A stretch of 64,000 nucleotides of DNA from Octopus vulgaris (Eukaryota). Below the pieces are notes generated by a model. The model was given only the letters and a program-made list of their open reading frames with translations. It ran no database searches and was not told where the DNA came from. The position numbers were made by a program, and so were the translations under genes. The stretch spans positions 19,592,001-19,656,000 of the forward strand of contig OX597817.1 of the NCBI GenBank assembly GCA_951406725.2, written 5' to 3'. Of the stretch, positions 39,976-52,612 are shown piece by piece. Positions within the stretch are counted from its first letter, which is position 1. Every line of letters begins with the position of its first letter.

Positions 39976-41999
39976 TTTTTTGAGTAAAGTTTTTGAGTAA
40001 AGTTTTGGGTGAAAATTTTCCAAAAATTTTTGGTGAAAATTTTTGTGTAAAATTTTTGGTGAAAATTTTTGGGTAAAGTTTCCGGTGAAAATTTTCGAAA
40101 ACTTTTTGGTGAAAATTTTTGGTTAAAGTTTTTGGTAAAAATTTTTGGATAAAGTTTTCGGTGAAAATTTTTGGGTAAAATTTTTGGTGAAAATTATTGG
40201 GTAGAGATTTCGGTGAGAATTTTCGAAAAATTTTTGGTGAAAATTTTTTGTTAAAATTTTTGGTGAAAATTTTTGGGTAAACTTTTCGGTGAAAATTTTT
40301 GGGTAAAATTTTTTGTGAAAAATTTTGTGTAAAATTTTTGCTGAAAATTTTTGGGTAAAGTTTTCGGTCAAAATTTTCGAAAAATTATTGGTGAAAATTT
40401 TTGGGTAAAATTTTTGGTGAAAATTTTTGGGTAAAGTTTTCGGTGAAAATTTTCGAAAATTTTTTGTCAAAATTTTTGTAAAATTTTCGGGTAAAGTTTT
40501 TGTTGAAAATTTTTGGGGAAAATTTTAGAAAAACTATTGGGTAAAGTTTTCGGTGAAAATTTTCGTAAAATTTTTGGGTAAAGTTTTCGGTGAAAATTTT
40601 CCAATACTTTTTGGTGAAAATTTTCGGAAAATTTTTGGTGAAAATTTTTGGGTAAAGTTTTCGGTTAAAATTTTCGAAAAATTTTTGGTGAAAATTTTTG
40701 TGTAAAATTTTTGGTGGAAATTTTTGGGTAAAGTTTTCGATGAAAATTTTCGAAAAATTTTTGGTGAAAATTTTTGGGTAAAATTTTCGGTGAAAATTTT
40801 CGTAAAGATTTTGGTGAAAATTTTTTGGGAAAAATTTTTGGTGAAAATTTTTGAGTAAAATTTTCGGAAAATTTTTGGGTAAAGTCTTGGGTGAACATTT
40901 TGGTGTAAAATTTTTGGTGAAAATTTTTGGGTAAAGTTTTCGGTGAAAATTTTCCAAAAATTTTTGGTGAAATTTTTTGGGTAAAATTTTAGTGAAAATT
41001 TTTGGGTAAAGTTTTGGGTGAAAATTTTTGAGTAAAATTTTCGGAAAATTTTTGGGTAAAGTCATGGGTGAAAACTTTCGAAAAGTTGTTGGTGAAAATT
41101 TTTGAAAATTTTCACCGAAAACTTTACCCAAAAATTTTCACCAAAAATTTTAACCAAGAATTTTTCCAAAATTTTCACCAACAACTTTTCGAAAGTTTTC
41201 ACCCAAGACATTACCCAAAAAATTTTCCGAAAATTTTACTCAAAAATTTTCACCAAAAATTTTACCCAAAAATTTTCACCAAAAATTTTACGAAAATTTT
41301 CACCGAAAATTTTGCCCAAAAATTTTCACCAAAAATTTTTCGAAAATTTTCACCCAAAACTTTAACCAAAAATTTTCACCAAAAATTTTACACAAAGATT
41401 TTCATCAAAAATTTTTTGAAAATTTTCACCGAAAACTTTAACCAAAAGTTTTTCGAAAATTCTAACCAAAAATTTTTCGAAAACTTTACCCAAAAATTTT
41501 ACCCAAAAATTTTCACCGAAAACTTTACCCAAAAGTTTTGCGAAAATTTCAACCAAAAATTTTTCGAAAATTTTCTCTTAGAATTTTTCGAAAATTTTCA
41601 CCAACAACTTTTCGAAAGTTTTCACCCAAGACTTTACCCAAAAAATTTTGCGAAAATTTTACTCAAAAATTTTCACCAAAAATTTTACCCAAAAATTTTC
41701 ACCAAAAATTTTACGAAAATTTTCACCGAAAATTTTACCCAAAAATTTTCAGCAAAACTTTTTCGAAAATTTTCACCCAAAACTTTACCCAAAAATTTTC
41801 ACCAAAAATTTTACCCAAAAATCTTCACCAAAAATTTTACGAAAATTTTCACCGAAAATTTTACCCAAAAATTTTCAGCAAAACTTTTTCGAAAATTTTC
41901 ACCCAAAACTTTACCCAAAAATTTTCACCAAAGATTTTACCAAAAAATTTTCACCAAAAATTTTTGGAAAATTTTGACCGAAAACTTTACCCAAAAATT
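39976..41999. repeat. Satellite block 8, polarity flip at ~41104
   Basis: As blocks 4 and 6. Confidence 0.95.
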
Positions 42000-42241
42000 T
42001 GTTCTATGGTGTTGATTCAGTAATTATCGATCATCGTTAATTATACTCAATGTTAGAATGTATGAGGTGGTTAATGTATGATGCTAATATCGTGGAATAT
42101 TTTTATATGGGGGTGAATAAATAAATTCTTGTGTCCCCTATATCTATTTTTAATAAACCTGTTTGCTGTTTACACACCCGTCTTCGTCTTTTGTTCGTTT
42201 CTTTTGTAAATTCCAAATATATATGTATGTGTGTGTATGCA

Positions 42242-42288
<47 letters not shown>

Positions 42289-42302
42289 TTCTCTTTCTCT
42301 TT

Positions 42303-42484
42303 TAGTTGTTTCAGTCATTTGAGTGCGGCCATGCTGGAGCACCGCCTTTAATCGAGCAAATCGACGCCGGGACTTATTCTATCGGTCTCTTTTGCCGAAC
42401 CGCTAAGTAACAAGGACATAAATACACCGGCATCGGTTGTCAAGCAATGTTAGGGGGACAAACACAGACACACAAACACACACA

Positions 42485-42524
<40 letters not shown>

Positions 42525-42689
42525 TACGACGGGCTTCTTTCAGTTTCCGTCTACCAAATCCACTCACAAGGCTTTGGTTGGCCCGAGGCTATAGTAGAAG
42601 ACACTTTCCCAAGGTGCCACGCAGTTGGACTGAACTCGGAACCATGTGGTTGGTAAACAAGCTACTTACCATACAGCGTCTCCTGCGCC
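42303..42689 (-). mobile_element. tRNA-derived SINE (array copy)
   Basis: Near-identical to 12085-12475. Confidence 0.8.
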
Positions 42690-42886
42690 TATATATATAT
42701 ATACAAAACTGAGAATGTGTCGTCCTATCTGTCTGTGTGTTTTCCTAAAACTTGAGAACTACTCAGCCAATTTCATTCAAATTTTACACGTGCTTTACTT
42801 AGGGTCCATGTATTGTCATGGGCAAAAAATTCTAACTTCTTGCCTAGGGCGAGCCCACAGCAATATCATACCTTCTCCACTATTTC

Positions 42887-45800
42887 TAAAATTTTCACCC
42901 AAAACTTTATCCCAAAATTTTCACCAAAAATTTTACCCAAAAATTTTCACAAAATTTTTCGAAAATTTTCACCGAAAACTTTACCCAAAAATTTTCACCA
43001 AAAATTTTACCAAAAAACTTTCACCAAAAATCTTACGAAAATTTTCACCGAAAACTTTACCCAAAAATTTTCACCAAAAATTTTACACAATAATTTTCAC
43101 CAAAAAATTTTTCGAAATTTTCACCGAAAACTTTACCCAAAAATTTTGACCAAAAATTTTACCTAAAAATATTCACCAAAAATTTTTCAAAAATTTTCAC
43201 CGAAAACTTTACCCAAAATTTTCACCAAAAATTTTACCCAAAAATTTTCACCAAAAATTTTACACAAAAATTTTCAACAAAAATTTTTCGAAAATTTTCA
43301 CCCAAACCTTTACCCAAAATTTTTCGAAAATTTTCACCGAAAACTTTACCCAAAAATTTTCACCAGAAATTTTACCCAAAAATTTTTACCAAAAATTTTT
43401 CGAAAATATTCAACGAAAACTTTACCCAATAATTTTCACCAAAAATTTTACCCAAAAATTTTCACCGAAAACTTTACCCAAAAATTTTCACCAAAAATTT
43501 TAACAAAAAATTTTCACCAAAAATTTTTCGAAAATTTTCACCGAAATCTCAACCCAAAAATTTTCACCAAAAATTTTACCAAAAAACTTTCACCAAAAAT
43601 CTTACGAAAATTTTCACCGAAAACTTTACCCAAAAATTTTCACCAAAAATTTTACACAATAATTTTCACCAAAAAATTTTTCGAAATTTTCACCGAAAAT
43701 TTTACCCAAAAATTTTTTGAAAAATTTTATCCAAAATTTTCACCAAAAATTTTTCGAAAATTTTCACCGAAAACTTTACCAAAAAATTTTCACCAAAAAT
43801 TTTACACAAAAATTTTCACCAAAAATTTTTCGAAAATTTTCACCATAAATTTTCGAAAATTTTCACCCAAAACTTTACTCAAAAATTTTTGGTGAAAATT
43901 TTACCAAAAAATTTTCACCAAAAATTTTTCGAAAATTTTCACCGAAATCTTTACCCAAAAATTTTCACCAAAAATTTTTCAAAAATTTTCACCGAAAACT
44001 TTACCCAAAAATTTTCACCAAAAATTTTACACAAAAATTTTCACCAAAAATTTTACACAAAAATTTTCAACAAAAATTTTTCGAAAATTTTCACCCAAAC
44101 CTTTACCCAAAATTTTTCGAAAATTCTCACCGAAAACTTTACCCAAAAATTTTCACCAGAAATTTTACCCAAAAATTTTTACCAAAAATTTTTCGAAAAT
44201 ATTCAACGAAAACTTTACCCAATAATTTTCACCAATAATTTTACCCAAAAATTTTCACCGAAAACTTTACCCAAAAATTTTCACCAAAAATTTTAACAAA
44301 AAATTTTCACCAAAAATTTTTCGAAAATTTTCACCAAAAATTTTACCAAAAAACTTTCACCAAAAATTCTTACGAAAATTTTCACCGAAAACCTTACCCA
44401 AAAATTTTCACCCAAAATTTTACACAATAATTTTCACCAAAAAATTTTCGAAATTTTCACCGAAAATTTTACCCAAAAATTTTTTGCAAAATTTTATCCA
44501 AAAATTTTCACCAAAAATTTTTCGAAAATTTTCACCGAAAACTTTACCAAAAATTTTCACCAAAAATTTTACACAAAAATTTTCACCAAAAATTTTTCGA
44601 AAATTTTGACCATAAATTTTCGAAAATTTTCACCCAAAACTTTACTCAAAAAATTTTTGGTGAAAATTTTACTAAAAAATTTTTGGTGAAAATTTTACCA
44701 AAAAATTTTCACCAAAAATTTTCGAAAATTTTCACCAAATCTTTACCCAAAATTTTCACCAAAAATTTTTCTAAAATTTTCACCCAAAACTTTATCCCAA
44801 AATTTTCACCAAAAATTTTACCCAAAAATTTTCACAAAAAATTTTTCGAAAATTTTCACCGAAAACTTTACCCAAAAATTTTCACCAAAAATTTTACACA
44901 AAAATTTTCACCAAAAATTTTTTGAAAATTTTCACCGAAAACTTTACCCAATAATTTTCACCAAAAATTTTACCCAAAAATTTTCACCGAAAACTTTACC
45001 CAAAAATTTTCACCAAATATTTTACCCAAAAATTTTCACCAAAAATTTTTCGAAAATTTTCACCGAAAACTTTACCCAAAAATTTTCACCAAAAATTTTA
45101 CCCAAAAATTGTCACCAAAAATTTTTCGAAAAATTTCACCGAAAACTTTACCCAAAAATTTTCACCGAAAACTTTACCCAATAATTTTCACGAAAATTTT
45201 CACCGAAAACTCTACCCAAAAATTTTCACCAAAAATTTTACCCAATAATTTTCACCAAAAATTTTTCGAAAATTTTCACCGAAAACTTTACCCAATAATT
45301 TTCACCAAAAATTTTACCCAAAAATTTTCACCGAAAACTTTACCCAAAAATTTTCACCAAAAATTTTACACAAAAATTTTTCGAAAATTTTCACCCAAAA
45401 TTTTCACCCAAAATTTTACCCAAAAATTTTCACAAAAAATTTTTCGAAAATTTTCACCGAAAACTTTACCCAAAAATTTTCACCAAAAATTTTACACAAA
45501 AATTTTCACCAAAAATTTTTTGAAAATTTTCACCGAAAACTTTACCCAATAATTTTCACCAAAAATTTTACCCAAAAATTTTCACCGAAAACTTTACCCA
45601 AAAATTTTCACCAAAATTTTACCCAAAAATTTTCACCAAAAATTTTTCGAAAATTTTCACCGAAAACTTTACCCAAAAATTTTCACCAAAAATTTTACCC
45701 AAAAATTTTCACCAAAAATTTTTCGAAAATTTTCACCGAAAACTTTACCCAAAAATTTTCACCGAAAACTTTACCCAAAAATTTTCACGAAAAATTTTAC

Positions 45801-46320
45801 CCAAAAATTTTCACCGAAAACTTTACCCAAAAATTTTCACCAAAAATTTTACCCAAAAATTTTCACCAAAAATTTTTCGAAAATTTTCACCGAAAACTTT
45901 ACCCAATAATTTTCACCAAAAATTTTACCCAAAAATTTTCACCGAAAACTTTACCCAAAAATTTTCACCAAAAATTTTACACAAAAATTTTTCGAAAATT
46001 TTCACCCAAAAATTTTCACCCAAAATTTTACCCAAAAATTTTCACCAAAAATTTTTCGAAAATTTTCACCGAAAACTTTACCCAAAAATTTTACCCAAAA
46101 ATTTTACACGAAAATTTTTATAAATTTTTCGAAAATTTTACCCAAAAATTTTTCGAAAATTTTCACTAAAAATTTTCACCAAAAACTTTACCCGAAAATT
46201 TTACGAAAATTTTCACCAAAAATTTTTTCGAAAATTTTCACCGAAAACTTTACCCAAAAATTTTCACCAAAAATTTAACACAAAAATTTTCACCAAAAAT
46301 TTTTAGAAAATTTTCACCAA
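42887..46320 (+). repeat. Satellite block 9 (3.4 kb, essentially single polarity)
   Basis: CACC-strand monomers throughout, apart from isolated TTTTGGTGAAAA units. Confidence 0.96.
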
Positions 46321-46477
46321 AGATATGATATTGCTGTGGGCTCGCACTAGGCAAAAAGTTCAAAATTTTTTTTGCCGTTGACACTCCCCCGACCCTAAGT
46401 ATGGTTGTGTAGTTCTCAAGTTTATGGGAAACACACAGACAGACAGACACACATTCTCAGTTTTATATATATAAAGA
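46321..46477 (-). mobile_element. 5' arm of a related Helitron-like element, facing into the satellite
   Basis: Minus strand A|TCTTTATATATATAAAACTGAGAATGTGTGTCTGTCTGTCTG...GCGAGCCCACAGCAATATCATATCT; diverged homologue of 42689-42886. Confidence 0.75.
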
Positions 46478-46498
46478 TATATATATATATATATATAT

Positions 46499-46986
46499 AT
46501 GGTTGTATACTGTCAATCTAACAAGAACGTGACAGTAGGGGGTACACCACCGTTATATAGCCCTAGGAGGCATCGAACGCCTCCTGACAGCTTCGACACA
46601 TTTTATCCTGTGTCCTTATATACACATACGAAGGGGAGACAAACACCCCTAACTGCCGGAACTGCATCTAGGGACACCGTGTTTCAGGATCATTGTCCTT
46701 CATCGGCCTAGAGTAGCAGACACCGGTCAGCTGGCGATGTCTGTCTCGACTTCGTATCTGTATATATCTATAGTCAGTGAAGTCTATTCACTGATTATCA
46801 AAATAATAAATATTGAGTTTCTAAATCTCTCGTAGAGAGGTGTACGGTGGTGGAGCGATACAATGGTTGTATACTGTCAATCTAACAAGAACGTGACAGT
46901 AGGGGGTACACCACCGTTATATAGCCCTAGGAGGCATCGAACGCCTCCTGACAGCTTCGACACATTTTATCCTGTGTCCTTATATA
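46499..46986 (-). mobile_element. Retrozyme/Penelope-like non-autonomous retroelement: 364-bp monomer, 124-bp identical terminal direct repeat
   Basis: 46499-46622 identical to 46863-46986; flanked by (TA)n; internal hammerhead motif; many hairpins. Confidence 0.75.
46662..46719 (-). ncRNA. Type I hammerhead ribozyme motif (CCGAUGA core variant)
   Basis: Minus strand CUGC-UAC-UCUAGG CCGAUGA AGGA-CAAUGA-UCCU GAA ACA-CGG-UGU C^ CCUAGA-U-GCAG: stems I, II and III pair and there is a GUC triplet; predicted cut between 46673 and 46672. Confidence 0.8.
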
Positions 46987-47080
46987 TATATAGATGTACA
47001 GGTAACATGTACACATATGTATACACATATATATGCATACACATATACACCCATGCACACATACACACACACATACATAA

Positions 47081-47420
47081 GTGCAGGTGTGGCTGTGTGG
47101 TAACAAACTTGGTTCCAAAACACATGGTCCTCAGTTCAGTCCCAATGTGTGGTAACTTGGCATGTGTCTTCTGCTATAGCCTCAGACCAACCAAAGCCTG
47201 GTCAATGGATTTTGTAGACAAAAACTGAAAGAAATCAATTTTATTTATATGTATGTATATATGTAAGTCTATGTGTGTGTGTCTTCGTGTTTCTTCCTCA
47301 CCACTGCTTCACAACCGGAGTTCGTTTATTTACATCCCCATAACTTACTGGTTTCACAAGAAGAAACTGATAGAATAAGTACCAGGCTTATCAAAATATA
47401 AAAAAAGCACTTCGAAGTGT
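47081..47420 (+). mobile_element. Older diverged copy of the tRNA-derived SINE
   Basis: GCAGGTGTGGCTGTGTGGTAAC...CAGTTCAGTCCC...CCAAAGCC...GATAGAATAAGTAC aligns to the array SINE. Confidence 0.75.
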
Positions 47421-47486
47421 CTCATATTTTTGTTTGCCCACTCAGTTGTTTCTATAAATTTATCTTTGTGTGTGTGTGTTTGTGTA

Positions 47487-47538
<52 letters not shown>

Positions 47539-47540
<2 letters not shown>

Positions 47541-47916
47541 CGTATACGCACACACACTCACACATATATGTATATATATATAGCATAGTTCTTGAACAGG
47601 TACTTCAAGTAACAACTATGGTAGGGTAACTGACTGCTTACCACCTTCAGGTCATGGAGCTCTAAAATTTTTAGGAGCAAAATCTTTTTAACAGGTTCAA
47701 TAACAGTGGAATTTTGGAATATGAGCATAAAAATTAGTAGTATGGGATACATGTGGCACGATTATAAATTTTTTAGGGTGTGTAAAGAGGGAAATAACCC
47801 TCATCTGAATTTTGATGAAATTCGAAACAGATATTCCAGTTCATTACAAAAAATATAACAGAAAAGTCTAATTCTTCAACTGAATGTAACCGGGAAACGC
47901 CGGGTATCTCTGCTAG

Positions 47917-48002
<86 letters not shown>

Positions 48003-48669
48003 AGAGAGAGAGAGAAGACGCATGGCTGACTGGTTAGAGCGTCGAGGTTAGAGTCACGAGGTTGTGAGTTCGAATGCCGCACTTTTGAAAAACAAAACCC
48101 GTCAAAGGGCGGAGGAACTCTTGAGAATCAACGGCCATCCAATAAATGTCTTATGGCTGTATCATGCGTAGGGACATAGAAATAATCGGACTGAATACCC
48201 GATCGCACGGTTAAACCATTAGTAGTGAAGGAATCCTAGTCTTTGTTAGGGCATCCTTCTAGGAGAACGTAACTCAGGTAACTGGGATAACTCCTACATA
48301 AAACCTGCGGCTCAGTGGTTACCGATGATGGTGACTTGTTCTTCTTTTCGGATTATGGTTGCTGTTGCTTAGTGAGTGGGATTGACTCAGTGCACAGCCT
48401 TTCCTCACTTAAAAAAATCTTCTTGCACTGGCATTGCACAATAACAACATTGATTAAGCTTCGCGCAATGACCATACTCGATAACGAGGGGGCAGCCACT
48501 ATATATATATATATATACAAAATATATACGTTTTATTTATCATTTTGCACATTACTTAATCATCGGTATATTATTTTTTATCTTATATTTAATATTTCCA
48601 TTATACGTAATTTTCTAGATGGTGTAAATTAACTTTTCATTTTGAATGGATAAAAGGTGCTTTTTTCTA

Positions 48670-48712
<43 letters not shown>

Positions 48713-48840
48713 CGTGACCGACCAGACCATCAGATGTTGTTACACATCGCTGGTCACTATGCGTTCGCATTGTTTTAGCCTTCGAATGACGCCACCCCGC
48801 TGGCTAAGCGAGCAGGCCAATATATATATATATATATATA
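47539..48840 (+). repeat. Right copy of ~1.3-kb direct repeat
   Basis: Colinear with 970-2313. Confidence 0.93.
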
Positions 48841-50119
48841 TGTACATAGACATATATATTTATATATACTTGCATATAGGTATATAAACATATATACATA
48901 CACACACATATATTTGTGTGAGCCTATGTAAGTCCTTCCCTTAAATAAACTTGTTCTGCGAAGTTGGCGTTTATGGGTTTAGAGATGCGCATCCACTCAT
49001 TTAGTTTAGAATGAATCTCCAATGACTTAACATATGTGAATACTATATTGAGCCTTCTCATGATATTTAGGAATTCCATTGTTCTTTCAATCAATATAAC
49101 AGCATTTTAAATTTAATTCTTCATTCTGCTTTGCATATAATATTGCTTTATAATATATCACATGTTGTAACGCCTGTGATTAAGTGTACTTGCCTTAAAT
49201 AGAAACCCATGATGATTAACATATAATATCCCGATCTTTATAAACCTGAATTTGAGGTATGAAGACATACACGTATACAGATTGATAAATATATATATTT
49301 GCATACATTCTAAGTGACCTCCATCACATAATTTACATTTTTCCAAATGACCAGGCGTATTCTTGCTCATTTATTGCATTTAAGGTATTTCCCTCGTTTT
49401 AACGTATAATAATAGTTATCTTTTATTTCTATTTTACTTTCTGTGAAAATTTTAGAAAAATATTTACGGATATAGGAAATTAATTACACATTACTATGCA
49501 TTTATTCAAGATATTTTAGAAGCGTCTTATTGATTGTATTGAAAGCAACAGAAGTAAAAATAAACCTTGATTTCTCATAGTAAACTCTCTTATCGCTCTC
49601 TTCTCTCATTTATGCGTTTAATTTAAAATCTTTGATCCCTTACCCTTTTCTTTAGATTAAGCTTATCTGAATTTGTTATTTCAATCTATTTTTTTTAATC
49701 TTTCACCTTTTTCAATATTTATAACACTCTTCCCACTACTCCAATCTGTGAAATTCATCTATTTTTCTTTTTATTACCTCCTATCCTTCATTTCCACATT
49801 CTCCTCACTCACTTCTTGCCCATCACGGTGGTTTTATTATCTACACGTCATGGTAGGATTCGGGTGGTAAAATACTTTCAAATGATAAAACATTATTTCG
49901 GTTCAGTTTATGGATTCTAATATTAGACTTTCTTCAATAGATATATAATTAGTTGCATTTTAATGTAGTGTTTTCAGAAAATATAGGGATGAGCTGGCAG
50001 GATGACAAGATGGAAGACGGTGAATACAAAAATATTATTTGAAATTCAAAATATAGTATTACAGTATAAATATAACACTTTGTAATCCCAATTAACCTCA
50101 ACTCCTCCCCCTACACGTT

Positions 50120-50376
50120 ACCATCACCGTCACCATTATCACTGCCGTCCTTGCCGTCGTCATCATAATCATCATCATTACCGTGACCGTTGTCGTTGTT
50201 TTCATCAATTTCGTCGCCGCAGCCGACACTACCAGCACCAATACCAGCACTACCTCCATCACACCCATCAACATCGTTGCTGTCATCATCCTTATCATCA
50301 TCATCATCATCATCATCATTATCATCATCATCATTATCATCATCATCATCATCATCATCATCGTCATCCTCATCAT
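50120..50376. repeat. (ATC)n microsatellite with degenerate trinucleotide flank
   Basis: ATC run at ~50285-50375, with CAC/GTC triplets upstream. Confidence 0.92.
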
Positions 50377-51164
50377 GATGTATTCAACGATTTATGAACA
50401 GTTTTACCATGCCAATATATCAGTACATGTCTCTCTAGACATATACGTTGTCGATTCAACTTGTACCGCTTATCTTTATCGGCGAGAGCCAAAATTTATT
50501 TGGACTGCATCCCATTCTCCTCGAAAACCAAATATGTTTTTAGGCTACTTATTTAATCACAAATTCTATGCATGCTCGAAGGCAGTCAACATTAGTCACA
50601 TGCTTGACATTTTCATAGGCGTGTATTCTTTTGTATCGTTATTGCCCTGAATAAATATACATTTCAAGTTTCTAATTCATATGCAACCTTTCTTCATTCT
50701 CGTGTCAAAATTATTGAACGTAGAAGATTTTCATTTGTCAATCAAAATAAAACTATCCACAACATGACGGGTTAACTGACAAAATGCTAAAGAGCTCAAA
50801 GTTGTGTTTACAATGGTAGGTTTGAGAGTCACTGCTCGCTGAATGACTGGCATGAAAACACTCTCAAAATTGAAATTAGAAGGTGATACAGTAGCATACA
50901 GGGCACTGAAACTTTAAGTAATTCTATTGTTTTTAAATCATATTTGACAGCGGAAAATTAACGCGTATCATTGGAAGCTTGGTGGAATCTTTAGGGAAGA
51001 TAAAGGTCGAATGCTATATATCATCTATTTATTAAGGCATTCTCAAATATAAATCATAAATTTAAAATGTAACTATAGATGTCTTGGTAGACCCGTAAAA
51101 ATAAAGTATCTAGCTGTATGAATATATTTGCATACAAACATACACATACACAGTTATGTGTATA

Positions 51165-52052
51165 TATGAGGGGGTGACGAAAAGTGAATGGAAGTGTTCT
51201 CTGTGGGACAAACCTTCCGCCGTTAGAAGCCACCTGATGCGATCCTCAGGCATCATTCTGCGGATCGGCATCGTCGACTGTGGTCGTACTTCCACATGGT
51301 GAGTCTATGTTTTGCAGTGCTTCTCCCTTGTTCGTCGAATTTTGCGACGGCTGAAAAGAATGATCAGCGTGCTTCCGTAAAATTCTCTTTTCTTTTGCGA
51401 AAAATGCGGCCGAAACAGTTGTCATGCTTCAAACAGCTCAGAAAGACGCTGCTTTGAGCAAAATACAAGTTAACGAGGATTTCCACGCTTTCGGAATTGT
51501 CACTAGTCGCTTGAGGACCAATTTCGTTCAGGACAACCGTAGACCTTCCGAACGAATGAAAAAAAATCTTTAAAATTCATGAACTAAAATTGAAAGACCG
51601 TCACCGAATAATTGACAAGCTTGCTGATATGACTGGTGTGTCGTGGAACTCCTACCAACGAATTTTCAGCGAGGAATTGCGAATGAAAAGAGTTACAGCA
51701 AGATGTGTACCACGTTTGCTCACGGAAAATAAAAAAACAAGTCACGACTTAACACATGTACTGACATGGAAGATCAGTTGATCCGGCCAACTGTACGAAG
51801 ATCATCACTGGTGACGAAAGCTGGTGATACAGAAATCGCAGATGTGGAATAGGTGAAGAAAAAACGTCGGAGGCGTTAAAAGGCATCACTTCGCAAGAGT
51901 TCCGGTGTGGCTTCGAATAATGGAAGACGTTTCAGGAGTGACGCATTGCTTCAATTGGAGAACATTTGAAGGCGATGAAAGTGAAAACATGTAAAAATTA
52001 AGTAAATAAAAATAATATTGGATAATTCCGGTTTCTTATGGGTATAACCTTT
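51165..52052 (+). mobile_element. Decayed, internally deleted mariner transposon
   Basis: Frames read DQRASVKF..KNAAETVVMLQTA..LEDQFRSGQP, RMKRVTARCVPRLLTE (WVPREL-like), KIITGDESW (first catalytic D), then jump to C-terminal residues; degenerate TIRs at both ends. Confidence 0.85.
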
Positions 52053-52150
52053 GTGTGGATTTACGAAGCAATATAGTTATATATCAACCTATGTAAACAT
52101 ACGCATATGTAAATACAAACACACACATAGACATACACACTCACACAAAC

Positions 52151-52209
<59 letters not shown>

Positions 52210-52350
52210 CATATATTAAATATATGCTTATATATATTATATACATATATAAAGTTAATCCAAACAAGAAAGCACAAAAAAACACAACAACGCGAGGACG
52301 TGGAACAAATAAAGTATTATTGGACGCTCAGGAAAGAAGGAAAGAAGGAA

Positions 52351-52387
52351 GGCTTAACGTTGCGAGCGGAGCTCTTCGTCGGAAACA
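52351..52387 (-). ncRNA. Degenerate minimal hammerhead motif in a Penelope-like fragment
   Basis: GUUU CCGACGA A-GAGC-UCC-GCUC GCAAC GUU AAGC; GAAA mutated to GCAA. Confidence 0.45.
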
Positions 52388-52476
52388 TAGGAGAAGGAAA
52401 GATCCAGAGAAGGGAAGACAGAGTAAAATACATATATACATGTATATATATGTGAGTGTGTGTACGTGCGTGTATG

Positions 52477-52612
<136 letters not shown>

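Larger units (their letters stand above)
32601..41998. repeat. Macro-tandem unit C (9,398 bp)
   Basis: Same order; satellite block 7 is ~1 kb shorter; SINEs at 32905-33295 (-) and 36567-36968 (+). Confidence 0.93.

Noticed and set aside
4017-46450. Many long K/F/N/P-rich ORFs (KFSPKIF..., up to 352 aa)
   Set aside because: Translations of the stop-poor satellite in multiple frames and on both strands; frames break differently in each copy.
50098-50650. Poly-Ile/Met/Ser ORFs
   Set aside because: Translations of the (ATC)n microsatellite.
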